DNA of 64,000 bases from IMG/VR virus record IMGVR_UViG_3300032038_000022, positions 32,001-96,000 of that record. One strand, written 5' to 3'. Origin of the DNA: a virus (Duplodnaviria > Caudoviricetes). The position numbers and the translations under genes were made by a program. The first letter of the stretch is position 1; the number at the start of each line of letters is the position of its first letter. The notes under the pieces were generated by a model. It saw only the letters and a program-made list of their open reading frames with translations, was not told the origin of the DNA and did not search any database. Below, one piece after another: positions 18,472 through 27,343 of the stretch.

Positions 18472-18968
18472 TACCCTAATAAAAGATTTATATAGAGATT
18501 AACAAAGCATATTATCTCACACCAGAAGATAAATTTAACTTTATCTAATTCTATGATTAGGTTTTCTTTATTCACTGTTTTTATAAATATTATTATAAAA
18601 GTTATTATTGGGATTACCCATAACATCATCCACCAAGGGTTTCTATAGAATATCACCCAGAGTTGTGAAAATATTCCTGCTATACTAGCTCCTATTATGT
18701 GAATTGTTTTCTCATAATCCCTTACTCTAGGAGCAGCACCTACTAATATTAATCCAAATATTCCAGCAAATGGTATTATTTGCGTATATGGTGTTATATC
18801 CATACAAGTTGGTAGCACTAAGAGAGCACTGGTCCATAATACTAGAGTGAATATAGGTCCCCATTTTATTTCATAATAGGATTGTGAAAGAGAGCTTGGA
18901 ATTCCATATTTTATACAAACCCAAAGAGTATAGGCACTTAGTATCGCCAGAGATATGATCACGTTCAT
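18471..18968 (-). CDS. multi-pass membrane protein
   Basis: GIPSSLSQSYY, LVGAAP, IH.IGA, FWCE with several hydrophobic helices. Confidence 0.75.
   Translation of the reverse strand: MNVIISLAILSAYTLWVCIKYGIPSSLSQSYYEIKWGPIFTLVLWTSALLVLPTCMDITPYTQIIPFAGIFGLILVGAAPRVRDYEKTIHIIGASIAGIFSQLWVIFYRNPWWMMLWVIPIITFIIIFIKTVNKENLIIELDKVKFIFWCEIICFVNLYINLLLG
18516..18534 (+). repeat. 19-bp direct repeat, copy 3
   Basis: CTCACACCAGAAGATAAAT inside the codons for FIFWCE of the membrane-protein gene. Confidence 0.95.
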
Positions 18969-18971
18969 GAC

Positions 18972-19655
18972 TTAGATCTCAAAATTAAGTTTTTCTGGAT
19001 ATCCAACTGTGTAATCATACTGCCATAGTTCATCGATAGTTTCTAGGGCAAGTACATTTTTCTTATGTTCTGCTGTTTTATTGAAGCAAGTAAGGGCATA
19101 AATCTCAAGAGCTCCAAGCATTTGGATAGCAAGATCGCAGTTAATAGTAATAGGGGTTGTACCAAGCCAGAGAGTTATTTCTTCTACGCCAGCTGCTTTT
19201 TGGATATTAGTACTATTCATGAGACCAACTCGTGTATCTTTATCAAGCCAGACTTCTTCTCCATTAAGATAAAATGAGTTTACAGAATCACTTATATCAT
19301 ATTCAGTAATTTCTTTAAGAACCTGATCTTTCATTAAATCAATTGCAGTAATAACAGCTGTTTTAAGTCTTTTAGTCTCAATATATTTTGACTCATAGGT
19401 TCTATATTCAACCTCTACTTCCTTTTCGACTGGGATGGTAATAATTTCCTCTTTTTTCTCACCAGTTTCAGGATCAGTTACTGTAATAGTCTTTTCTTCA
19501 TATTCTATTACAGTAATAGTTTCAGTACGTCTTTCATCCTCATGTTCAGTTACATCAAAGTAAACCCTCCACGTATTATACTGTCCATAGGTTCTTACCA
19601 GTTGGAGTTCTTCTTGAGGATGCGAAGCATAATCGATATTATAATTTTTTATCAT
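18972..19655 (-). CDS. DUF4376-like tail-fibre-associated protein
   Basis: ITEYD.SDSVNSF.LNG..VWLDKDTRVGL...LE.YA..CFN.TAEH...YDY..GYPEKL. Confidence 0.75.
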   Translation of the reverse strand: MIKNYNIDYASHPQEELQLVRTYGQYNTWRVYFDVTEHEDERRTETITVIEYEEKTITVTDPETGEKKEEIITIPVEKEVEVEYRTYESKYIETKRLKTAVITAIDLMKDQVLKEITEYDISDSVNSFYLNGEEVWLDKDTRVGLMNSTNIQKAAGVEEITLWLGTTPITINCDLAIQMLGALEIYALTCFNKTAEHKKNVLALETIDELWQYDYTVGYPEKLNFEI

Positions 19656-20203
19656 GATGTCGTAAGTTTATTTATTTGTTCCTGAAGGTTTTCTATTTGG
19701 TTTCTCATATCATTTAGAACTGTAGCTGTGGCAATTTGATCTTCTTTAATGGCTCTTTCTAGGTCTGTTATAGCGGCAGTAATAATTTTTTGCATAGACT
19801 CAATTCCAATATCCTCAATAATTTGATTAAGTCTTGCTATAGCCTCTTCCATAGAAGAATTAACTTGAGATTCAATAGTAGGACCAATAGAGGCAATTGA
19901 AGAGTTAATTTCATCTATATCGATTTCACTTCTATTAATTTTATCAAACTCAAGATGTACTAAGACATCTGCGACAGCATCTTCTTTTTCTTTTTGTTCA
20001 TTTGCTAGTTCTGTTAATGCAGCCGTAAGTATTCTTTGAACTTCGCTAGAGAAACCACAGTAGAAATATTGTCCATGAGAATAGATATATTGTTTATCCA
20101 GGACGAAAACGATAGACGTATCACCTATACCTCCTGCAGCTAATTCTGTTTTAAAGGTTGCTTCGGTTTGATAACATAAAAATTTATTTTGTATTTCTTC
20201 CAT
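19652..20203 (-). CDS. coiled-coil tail-fibre-associated protein
   Basis: SIVFVLDKQYIYSHGQYF N-terminal domain, then repeated Q+I.TAA.T(E/D)L helices. Confidence 0.65.
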   Translation of the reverse strand: MEEIQNKFLCYQTEATFKTELAAGGIGDTSIVFVLDKQYIYSHGQYFYCGFSSEVQRILTAALTELANEQKEKEDAVADVLVHLEFDKINRSEIDIDEINSSIASIGPTIESQVNSSMEEAIARLNQIIEDIGIESMQKIITAAITDLERAIKEDQIATATVLNDMRNQIENLQEQINKLTTS

Positions 20204-20218
20204 ATCTATTCTTTTAAG

Positions 20219-20252
20219 AAGGGGACCCTATTATGGATCCCCTGTTTATTTT
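20219..20252. terminator. intergenic hairpin
   Basis: AGGGGACCC-TATTAT-GGATCCCCT. Confidence 0.5.
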
Positions 20253-22499
20253 TTAAGATCCTTCGTACCAATCAATTTCATTGCTAAGAATGGTTTGTAG
20301 CTTTTTATAATCTGAACCAATATTAATCCAGATATCACCATTCTCTCTCACCTCGATAGCATTACTTCTGTCTGCAGTGCCTGAGCCATTACCTATAGAG
20401 AAAACCGTATTAGCAGATGCAACGGCACCAGTAACAGAGTTGTTATATTTACCAATAGCAACTTCACCTTCGTGTGTAGTATTTAATCCTTCACTTTTCA
20501 AGGATACACCTCCAGTTTTAGATGTTCCATTAGTATAAGCAAATGGGCTACCTACGTTAAGATTATCAATTTTCTTTTCTACCTTACCAAATGCAGTTTG
20601 AACAGAATCACCAGCAGCTATATCAGCCCCAGTTGAAGCTTTAGCATAACCTGTAGCGATATTAATATCATCGGCTTCTACTGTAATATTTTGGTTTGTT
20701 TGAGATTGACCATTAACCGTAATATTGTCTGCATATGTCTTTGCAGCGTTTTCAGCGGCCTCGGCTACTTTTTCAGAATGACCTACAACAGTAGTTTCTC
20801 CATCAACGGCTGTGAATGTACCAACATAAGCAGCGCTAGCAATATCGTTTTCACTTACAGTTACAACCTGGTGACCGTCAGTGGCATCAGTAGTAACACC
20901 TACTTGAACATGACCAGTATTTTTAGCCTTTACAACAGTTTTTGCATCAGCTGCTTTTTTATCAGCATAAGCTTCAGCATAACCAACAACAGTCGTCTCA
21001 CCAAGTGCAGCGGTACCTGTAGGAAGTGTACCAACTAGAGAAGCAGATGCAATGTCATCTTCACTTACAGTATAACTATCAGGAGTTGCTCCAGTTCCGG
21101 CAGTTTTAGTAATTCTTACATGACCAGTAGATTTTTCAGTAATCTTAGTACGAGCAGATGTGATTTCATTCTGTAAAGATGAAGTAAGATCAGTTTTCAC
21201 GAGAGAACCACTTACAACAGTCGCACTAATGACATTGCTTGAGCTAATTGCAAGTTGTATTTTTGCAGCATTTTTCTCTACGGTATGATCTTTATAAAGA
21301 CTGTTAACAGGGATATAAAGAAGATTTGCAGTAGTATCAGCATTAGAAATTGTAAGTTTGATATACTTTTCACCAGAAGTCAAACCTGCAGAGTCAGAAC
21401 TAGCGCTAGTACCTTTCTTTTCAGTACCACTAGCTGTAATAACTTCACCTGAGCTAATGACCATATCTTTAGCGATATTGAGAGTAGCTACGGTATTAGT
21501 TCCCTGCTTGATTACATAATCTGTGCCATCAGCTGAGATAGTGCTGACTACGGTATTGTTCTTGTAAACCTTAACTTCACCTGCTTTTCCATTATCGTAG
21601 ATCTTCTGGAAGATTTCAGCTAGAACATCTTGAACATTTGTATTTGTAGTATCTGGTGTAGTAACAGAAGGGCCGTCAAGGTTTTGGGGTGTATATGATA
21701 CGTAATCAGATTTTACATTACCCTCATTTACATCAATCACACCGTTAGCCTCACTGACACTAGTAACGGCTCTACCTTCGATATGCTTACTTGAAGGGAT
21801 GGTATAGTCCATTGCATCAATAGCATTTTGTCTAGCAGTAGTTTCTATTTCTACATTCTTTTGAACCTTAGCAATAGCTCCGGCAATAGTATCATTAGTA
21901 CTAATAGTTTGAGCGGTTGAGCCAGTATTTGCTTTGTAGTCTAAGAGTTTGGCTGTATCAACATTGGCAACGGTAGTTTTACTATTAGCAGCAGTTGGAT
22001 CTACAAGTTTACCATCTTTCAGTTCAATACCAGTAAAGTACTTGTCAGAACCTGTGGCAATATCGCTATTTAGAGATCCTACTTTAGCCTTTATCTGATT
22101 TTCAAGTTTAGCAAGAGCTGTTGCAATAGTATCACCTTGGGCAATAGCAGTAGAATCAGAGCCTATAGAATAAGTTCCAAGTTTAGCCTGTCCAAGATCA
22201 GTAATATCAATACTAGTAATTTTACCATCGACTTCATTTATGGTCAATGTAACACCTCTAGCTGCAGCGTTAGTATTAGTCAAGTTTGTAACATCAAGAG
22301 CAGCGATAGCTTGTGAAATTTCAGCAACGGCATCAGTATCAAATCGTACGCCATGAGTTTCAATAAAGTGTACTTCTTCAAGACCTTCAGATGCATTAGC
22401 AGCCTGACCGACAAATACAATAGAAGTATTTTGAATTTCGCTAAGGGCGGCTTCATAACTTGCTACTGTAGAAAAATAGAGAAATTTATTTCCAATCAT
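20253..22499 (-). CDS. tail fibre protein
   Basis: Three I..(G/N)D(T/S)...A..K(L/V) repeats, a duplicated TGHV...VSE.DIASA...GETTVVG block, and C-terminal AIGKYN...FSIGNG...RSNAIEV. Confidence 0.7.
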   Translation of the reverse strand: MIGNKFLYFSTVASYEAALSEIQNTSIVFVGQAANASEGLEEVHFIETHGVRFDTDAVAEISQAIAALDVTNLTNTNAAARGVTLTINEVDGKITSIDITDLGQAKLGTYSIGSDSTAIAQGDTIATALAKLENQIKAKVGSLNSDIATGSDKYFTGIELKDGKLVDPTAANSKTTVANVDTAKLLDYKANTGSTAQTISTNDTIAGAIAKVQKNVEIETTARQNAIDAMDYTIPSSKHIEGRAVTSVSEANGVIDVNEGNVKSDYVSYTPQNLDGPSVTTPDTTNTNVQDVLAEIFQKIYDNGKAGEVKVYKNNTVVSTISADGTDYVIKQGTNTVATLNIAKDMVISSGEVITASGTEKKGTSASSDSAGLTSGEKYIKLTISNADTTANLLYIPVNSLYKDHTVEKNAAKIQLAISSSNVISATVVSGSLVKTDLTSSLQNEITSARTKITEKSTGHVRITKTAGTGATPDSYTVSEDDIASASLVGTLPTGTAALGETTVVGYAEAYADKKAADAKTVVKAKNTGHVQVGVTTDATDGHQVVTVSENDIASAAYVGTFTAVDGETTVVGHSEKVAEAAENAAKTYADNITVNGQSQTNQNITVEADDINIATGYAKASTGADIAAGDSVQTAFGKVEKKIDNLNVGSPFAYTNGTSKTGGVSLKSEGLNTTHEGEVAIGKYNNSVTGAVASANTVFSIGNGSGTADRSNAIEVRENGDIWINIGSDYKKLQTILSNEIDWYEGS

Positions 22500-22516
22500 A
22501 TTTATTTTATTTAGTT

Positions 22517-23137
22517 TTAGTTTTTACCCTCGTACCAATTAAACTCATTGAACTTAGCTGTAACGGTACTATTCATTATAGGATTCTCTGATACATCAGA
22601 AAACGAAGCATCAACTCTTAGGTCTACGGCTCCATTAGTTTTTGTTTGAACAGTTCCATTTACCTTTATAGTATGTATCATTTTCCCTTCCAGTTCTTTT
22701 AGTTTTGCAGTTACTATTTTATTTTGAACTGGATTTTCAGAAGTTTCATCAAGTTCAGAGTCTATGGTTAGAATAACAACTTTATTCCAGGATTCATATC
22801 GATAAACTAAGAAGACTATTTCCCCCTTATTGATAACTATCCCTCCGAAGTTTGTATATGTTCCTTCTGTTCCAGTAATATAAAAAACATCATTTTGGGG
22901 AATTCCCGGATCTGTTTCTATATTAGCAATACCTAAGAACACTGAACCTTGTGAAACATTCAATGGTATAAGTTTTAATGACTTAGCTTCGTGGATGCCG
23001 TCTCCGATTACAAGAGAATCATAACCCTTTTCACTTGAGTCTATCAGACATAGTTCGCCCTTTTTTAGAATTGCAGTAGATGCATTAAGATCATCAAGCG
23101 TTCCTTTTAATAGAGTTACTCTTTGTTTTTCCGGCAT
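22517..23137 (-). CDS. tail protein with Mtd_N-like N-terminus
   Basis: ILKKGELCL...IGDG motif, FLGIA...P...FY...GTYTNFGG, and two D..(L/F)...SENP repeats. Confidence 0.6.
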   Translation of the reverse strand: MPEKQRVTLLKGTLDDLNASTAILKKGELCLIDSSEKGYDSLVIGDGIHEAKSLKLIPLNVSQGSVFLGIANIETDPGIPQNDVFYITGTEGTYTNFGGIVINKGEIVFLVYRYESWNKVVILTIDSELDETSENPVQNKIVTAKLKELEGKMIHTIKVNGTVQTKTNGAVDLRVDASFSDVSENPIMNSTVTAKFNEFNWYEGKN

Positions 23138-23142
23138 AGCTT

Positions 23143-23490
23143 TTAATTAACGTTAAATATAGTTACACCATTTAATACTATTTTCTTAAGGAGTTTTGTT
23201 TCTCCATCAAGAATTAAGTATAGTTTATTAATCTCTGGGGTTTCTGGTTCTTCAGTTACCCACTCAATTCCAGTACAGGTTTGTGATCTTTGAACAGTAT
23301 CATCTACACTTATCACCTTTTCACCTGTTTTACTGTCATTAATAGAAACTCCATCACCTTCAATAATTTCCTCGCCTTGAAGAGCGTTATTATAAAGATC
23401 ATTAAGGGCTGATTCAATTTTATTGAGATTTCGGGCATTTACAGGAGTTCTATTATCTACCCATTTAGTTTTGTTATAAGAACTTTTCAT
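23143..23490 (-). CDS. small tail-associated protein
   Basis: YNKTKWVDNRTPVNARNLNKIE motif, typical of phage structural proteins. Confidence 0.6.
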   Translation of the reverse strand: MKSSYNKTKWVDNRTPVNARNLNKIESALNDLYNNALQGEEIIEGDGVSINDSKTGEKVISVDDTVQRSQTCTGIEWVTEEPETPEINKLYLILDGETKLLKKIVLNGVTIFNVN

Positions 23491-24065
23491 TTAAGATCTT
23501 TTAGGTTACCACAATCTACATATCCTACTTGTAAGCCTTCATCACCTACTACTATACTAGAATTATCAGTTAAGACATCAGCTTCTAATACCCACGCATC
23601 AGTAACTTCATCTCTTATAGAAGATATTTCTATTGAATTTGATTTCTTTCCAGTTATTATTAGATTTTGAGTAATACAGATCCATATCCCAGAGTGATAC
23701 ACGTATACAACATCTCCTCCTCCAGGAGTATGAATAACAGCCATTTCTCCTTCTTTAGGTTCCCTGCCAAAAGAGTATCTATTTAGCGCCTCTTTATCAC
23801 TTTCTTCTGGGCTTAATTTAGTAATATCATAAATTTTTATTCCACTACTAGGTCCACCTTCTCCAGAGTCATAGTTAATAGTATAATCTCCTTTTTCTTC
23901 ACTCTTATAAAGAGCTAAAATAACTTCAAAAGAATCTCCTTTTTTGTATTTGATAGCTACGTTTTCGGCGTAATATCTTGCAGTTTTGTTTAATTTTTTG
24001 ATAGCCTCGTCCCGTGTTTCAAAAACCTCAGTAAAACGAGTATATCTAAATTTGTCTCTTGCCAT
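23487..24065 (-). CDS. hypothetical structural protein
   Basis: N-terminal domain similar to that of 41077-42621. Confidence 0.65.
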   Translation of the reverse strand: MARDKFRYTRFTEVFETRDEAIKKLNKTARYYAENVAIKYKKGDSFEVILALYKSEEKGDYTINYDSGEGGPSSGIKIYDITKLSPEESDKEALNRYSFGREPKEGEMAVIHTPGGGDVVYVYHSGIWICITQNLIITGKKSNSIEISSIRDEVTDAWVLEADVLTDNSSIVVGDEGLQVGYVDCGNLKDLK

Positions 24066-24070
24066 AATCT

Positions 24071-24481
24071 TTAGTCTAATTCAGGTCCATCTCCACAATT
24101 ACAATCACAATCACAATCTGTCGTAGGTTTCTTAATCTCATCTCTCGTTCTGCCATAAAGTCCTTGTCCATATCCACATATAGATTGTCCACAACAGAAT
24201 TCACCACAAATAGAATCTTTATAAAGTGTCAAATCCACACCAGTAACTTCTAGGTCTTTCCAAGCAAACACTCTATCTACTCCATCTAGGTGAATAGAAG
24301 AAATACATTTTCCATACGAATTTAATCTGAATTTTATATCAGAGATAGTATAGATTTTAGAATCATCAAAGGAGAATAGACTTGATACGGGTAGAGATTT
24401 GATATGTACAGAAGCCCCGATAAGAGAATTATGGTCCCAGACTCCAGCAGGACTTGTTACGGCAATTCTTCTACTTTCCAT
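24071..24481 (-). CDS. hypothetical protein with Cys-rich C-terminus
   Basis: ICGEFCCGQSICG and DCDCDCNCG. Confidence 0.65.
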   Translation of the reverse strand: MESRRIAVTSPAGVWDHNSLIGASVHIKSLPVSSLFSFDDSKIYTISDIKFRLNSYGKCISSIHLDGVDRVFAWKDLEVTGVDLTLYKDSICGEFCCGQSICGYGQGLYGRTRDEIKKPTTDCDCDCNCGDGPELD

Positions 24482-24484
24482 GTA

Positions 24485-25780
24485 TTATTCCCCCTCATTT
24501 GTTGTAGAATTAGGATCAATATAGTTTACAAAATCAGCAACTTTATTGAGTTTAGTAAAAACTTCATCAATTCGAGTTAAGATATCAGTTACAGCAGTAG
24601 TTATTACCACTTCCCTAGCATCGGCATCTTCTTTAAGTTCTGAAAGACTAGCAGCTACTATTTTTTGAAGACCCTCAATTGAGTCTACAGTTACTTTATC
24701 AGTATTAGACATTAATCCGTGCCCTTCTTGAGTAGCAACAGGCATTTCTACATAAGATTCAGAACCATCACCATGAATTAACGTAGTTTGTGCTCCATTA
24801 TAAGAGATATCAGCGATATAAGTAGATGTAATTTTTTGTCCGTCACCATCATGTACTGCACTATTTACGTCTTTATCAATATCTGCAGTATTGTCAACAT
24901 TTTCGAGACCGATCTGCTCTTGAGTTACCAAGTGTGGATTTTCAGTATTAATAACGTGATTATTGAGAGCACTAAAAGAAGCACCTAGTTCATCATTAGT
25001 TGGAAGATTTGTAAGGTGCTCAATTTCCGTATTTAAAACGAGCGAATAACCTTCTCTTTTATCAACCTTTCTATTTAAAGCTTCATTTTGTGCAGTAGAA
25101 ACTGGTTTTTCAACATCACTTGTGTTATCAACTCTATCTAATCCAATATCATCTTTAGTAAGAACTAAATCCCCATCAGCTAAAGGATGACCATTGATAT
25201 CAATATCTCTAGTAACCATTACATCCCTAACATCATTAATGGCAGTTGCAACAGCTAAATTAATATCATCTAATGCTTCTTTTAATTCAGTAATAGCAGC
25301 AGTTAGAACTTTTTGAGCTTCTTTTACTTCTTCCTTTTCAGCTTTAGTATTTCCTAAATTTTCAATAGATTCCCCAAGACTAGTTGTTGTTGTTTCTAGA
25401 GCTGTAATCTTTGTTGATAGATTTGTATTTAGAGTATCAATTTTTGTATTAAGTGTATTATTAAAAAGCGATAAAGTTGTAGCTACTGTTGTTTCTTCAT
25501 CTCTAAATTTTTGTAAAATGACTTTATTTTGAACTGGATTTTCAGAGGATTCGTTCAGTGCGGTGTCTACTATAAGTCTCCATTTTCCCGTAGTACTATC
25601 AATACTATTAGAGGCGGAGAACTTATATCGTTTTCCATCAGCTAAGCATAGGGAAATATGTCCTTCATCTATACTAGTTTCTGGATAACTTTTCATTTCA
25701 TCCAAGGTATTAAAAGTGTCCCTAGAAAAATTAGGTTTTTTACCTTGATAATTAAAATTATCACCTATTTTTAAAGCCAT
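24485..25780 (-). CDS. tail fibre-like protein
   Basis: IGLDRVDNTSDVEKPVSTAQ, H..NTENPH.VT..QIGLENVDNTAD, AT....GLMS..DK and SENPVQNK motifs. Confidence 0.7.
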   Translation of the reverse strand: MALKIGDNFNYQGKKPNFSRDTFNTLDEMKSYPETSIDEGHISLCLADGKRYKFSASNSIDSTTGKWRLIVDTALNESSENPVQNKVILQKFRDEETTVATTLSLFNNTLNTKIDTLNTNLSTKITALETTTTSLGESIENLGNTKAEKEEVKEAQKVLTAAITELKEALDDINLAVATAINDVRDVMVTRDIDINGHPLADGDLVLTKDDIGLDRVDNTSDVEKPVSTAQNEALNRKVDKREGYSLVLNTEIEHLTNLPTNDELGASFSALNNHVINTENPHLVTQEQIGLENVDNTADIDKDVNSAVHDGDGQKITSTYIADISYNGAQTTLIHGDGSESYVEMPVATQEGHGLMSNTDKVTVDSIEGLQKIVAASLSELKEDADAREVVITTAVTDILTRIDEVFTKLNKVADFVNYIDPNSTTNEGE

Positions 25781-25785
25781 AGTAA

Positions 25786-26742
25786 TTAACTATAAATTTG
25801 TTTAAATCCACTAATAGTAGTTGGTTCAATTAATGTATATACATAATAGTCTACTCCATCAATATTAAGCTCAGTTTTTGTATATGAATTTATATATTCG
25901 AAACCGTTAGCATCTTTAATGGAGTTCAAAGTGCTAAAGTATTTAGGATAAGCATAGAAAACTCTACCACTTGTTGGGGAAGATGCATCTAGATTAATTT
26001 CACTCCATGTAGAATTACGGCTTCCTTGTTTTAGTTTTGTTGTTGTTTTAATATCCTCTACACTTGGTATCCAAGAACTTCCAACAATTCCTCTATAACA
26101 AGGATCGACAAAAACTACCGATAAACTTTTTGAATTATAAATTCCTTCATACGTTCCAGTGATTATATAGGTTTCCGTAGAGTATGAATTTTCAGTAGTA
26201 ATTATTGTTTTTCCAGTAGTTCCTGAAACATCTACTAATGATCCTGCCCTACCAAAAAGAACTTTAGAATCAGTTGTGACATTTCTTCCTCGTCTACTAA
26301 TCTCCCAAGTAAAGTTTAAAGTTGTTTCGGTTTTTGTATACTCTAAAGTACTACAATTGAGACTAATAGTAACTGGGAATACAGATTCCTGCAATTCTTG
26401 AATTACCCCAGAATCAACTTCTCTCCAGCCATTTTCATTATCAAAGGAAAAATTAGAACTAAAATATTCCCAGACTTGAAGATTTCCATTAGATCCTATA
26501 AATTTAGCTTTTACACCGGGAACTTTAACTGAGTCTTCTAGATTATCTACAAGAGTGGTTATAGCAGTTAGGAGAGTATATTTTTCTCCTTCCCCAAGTG
26601 GCCAGAGAACATCTAAGTTATATTCTTCTAAGAGAAGGGTAAGTTTTTTCCTAGATTGAGTATGCATTATAGCATCAGTCAATGTACCAGGATATATATA
26701 TTCTCCCTCCTCTGTAAAAATAAAAATGTTATTCTCTTCCAT
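25786..26742 (-). CDS. structural protein with shared C-terminal beta domain
   Basis: C-terminal YAYP..F..L..I.D.NG..Y...IDGVDYYVY, also in 41077-42621. Confidence 0.65.
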   Translation of the reverse strand: MEENNIFIFTEEGEYIYPGTLTDAIMHTQSRKKLTLLLEEYNLDVLWPLGEGEKYTLLTAITTLVDNLEDSVKVPGVKAKFIGSNGNLQVWEYFSSNFSFDNENGWREVDSGVIQELQESVFPVTISLNCSTLEYTKTETTLNFTWEISRRGRNVTTDSKVLFGRAGSLVDVSGTTGKTIITTENSYSTETYIITGTYEGIYNSKSLSVVFVDPCYRGIVGSSWIPSVEDIKTTTKLKQGSRNSTWSEINLDASSPTSGRVFYAYPKYFSTLNSIKDANGFEYINSYTKTELNIDGVDYYVYTLIEPTTISGFKQIYS

Positions 26743-27340
26743 AATTGTATTCTATATTGAAATAATCACAGATTCCTTTAATAATTATTTCGCACAATGT
26801 TTCTTTACCATTATCACTTAAAAGGTAATTAACATCATCTTTATTATCCATGAATAGATTTTCTACTAGGATAGCTGGCATTGAAGTTTTCTGCAAGACT
26901 GTAAATTTAGCTGTCCAATATTTATGATTTGGATCTGGGACTCTAACTTTTATTCCTCGTATACCGGCTTCAATAGCCATTAGTGATGCAAGTTTTTTGG
27001 AATTAGAGCTTGCTGTAGGACTAATAAAAACTGACCAGCCTCTAGCATTCATCCATTTTCCATTTCCAGCTGCATTTACGTGGGGACTTATAAAAATTGA
27101 TTTTCCATTATGTGCTTTAGCAAAGGCATTAGCTCTTTTACATCTATTTAGTAAACCAATTTCTTTTCCATTATCCTCACTAGGAGGACTTGTTCTTACG
27201 TGCTCGATTCCAATTTCATCGAGTCTTTTCTCAATCATACCTATAAGTTCTCGTGACCAAAGGTATTCCAGAAGTTTTCCATCAGGACTTCTTTTACCTG
27301 CAACTAATTTTTGATGTGCGGGATCTAAGATTACTAACAT
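26729..27340 (-). CDS. N-acetylmuramoyl-L-alanine amidase (Amidase_3), probable endolysin
   Basis: ILDPAH...GKRSPDG...E...R...AN...ISPHVNAAG...PAILVENLFMDN..D. Confidence 0.9.
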   Translation of the reverse strand: MLVILDPAHQKLVAGKRSPDGKLLEYLWSRELIGMIEKRLDEIGIEHVRTSPPSEDNGKEIGLLNRCKRANAFAKAHNGKSIFISPHVNAAGNGKWMNARGWSVFISPTASSNSKKLASLMAIEAGIRGIKVRVPDPNHKYWTAKFTVLQKTSMPAILVENLFMDNKDDVNYLLSDNGKETLCEIIIKGICDYFNIEYNYGRE

Positions 27341-27343
27341 ATA

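Noticed and set aside
15922-18534. 19-bp repeats as a CRISPR array
   Set aside because: Spacing is ~1.3 kb with whole genes in between, and no cas genes are present
24093-24121. CACAAT tandem repeat as a contingency locus
   Set aside because: Only about four in-frame units encoding DCDCDCNC, with no sign of phase variation
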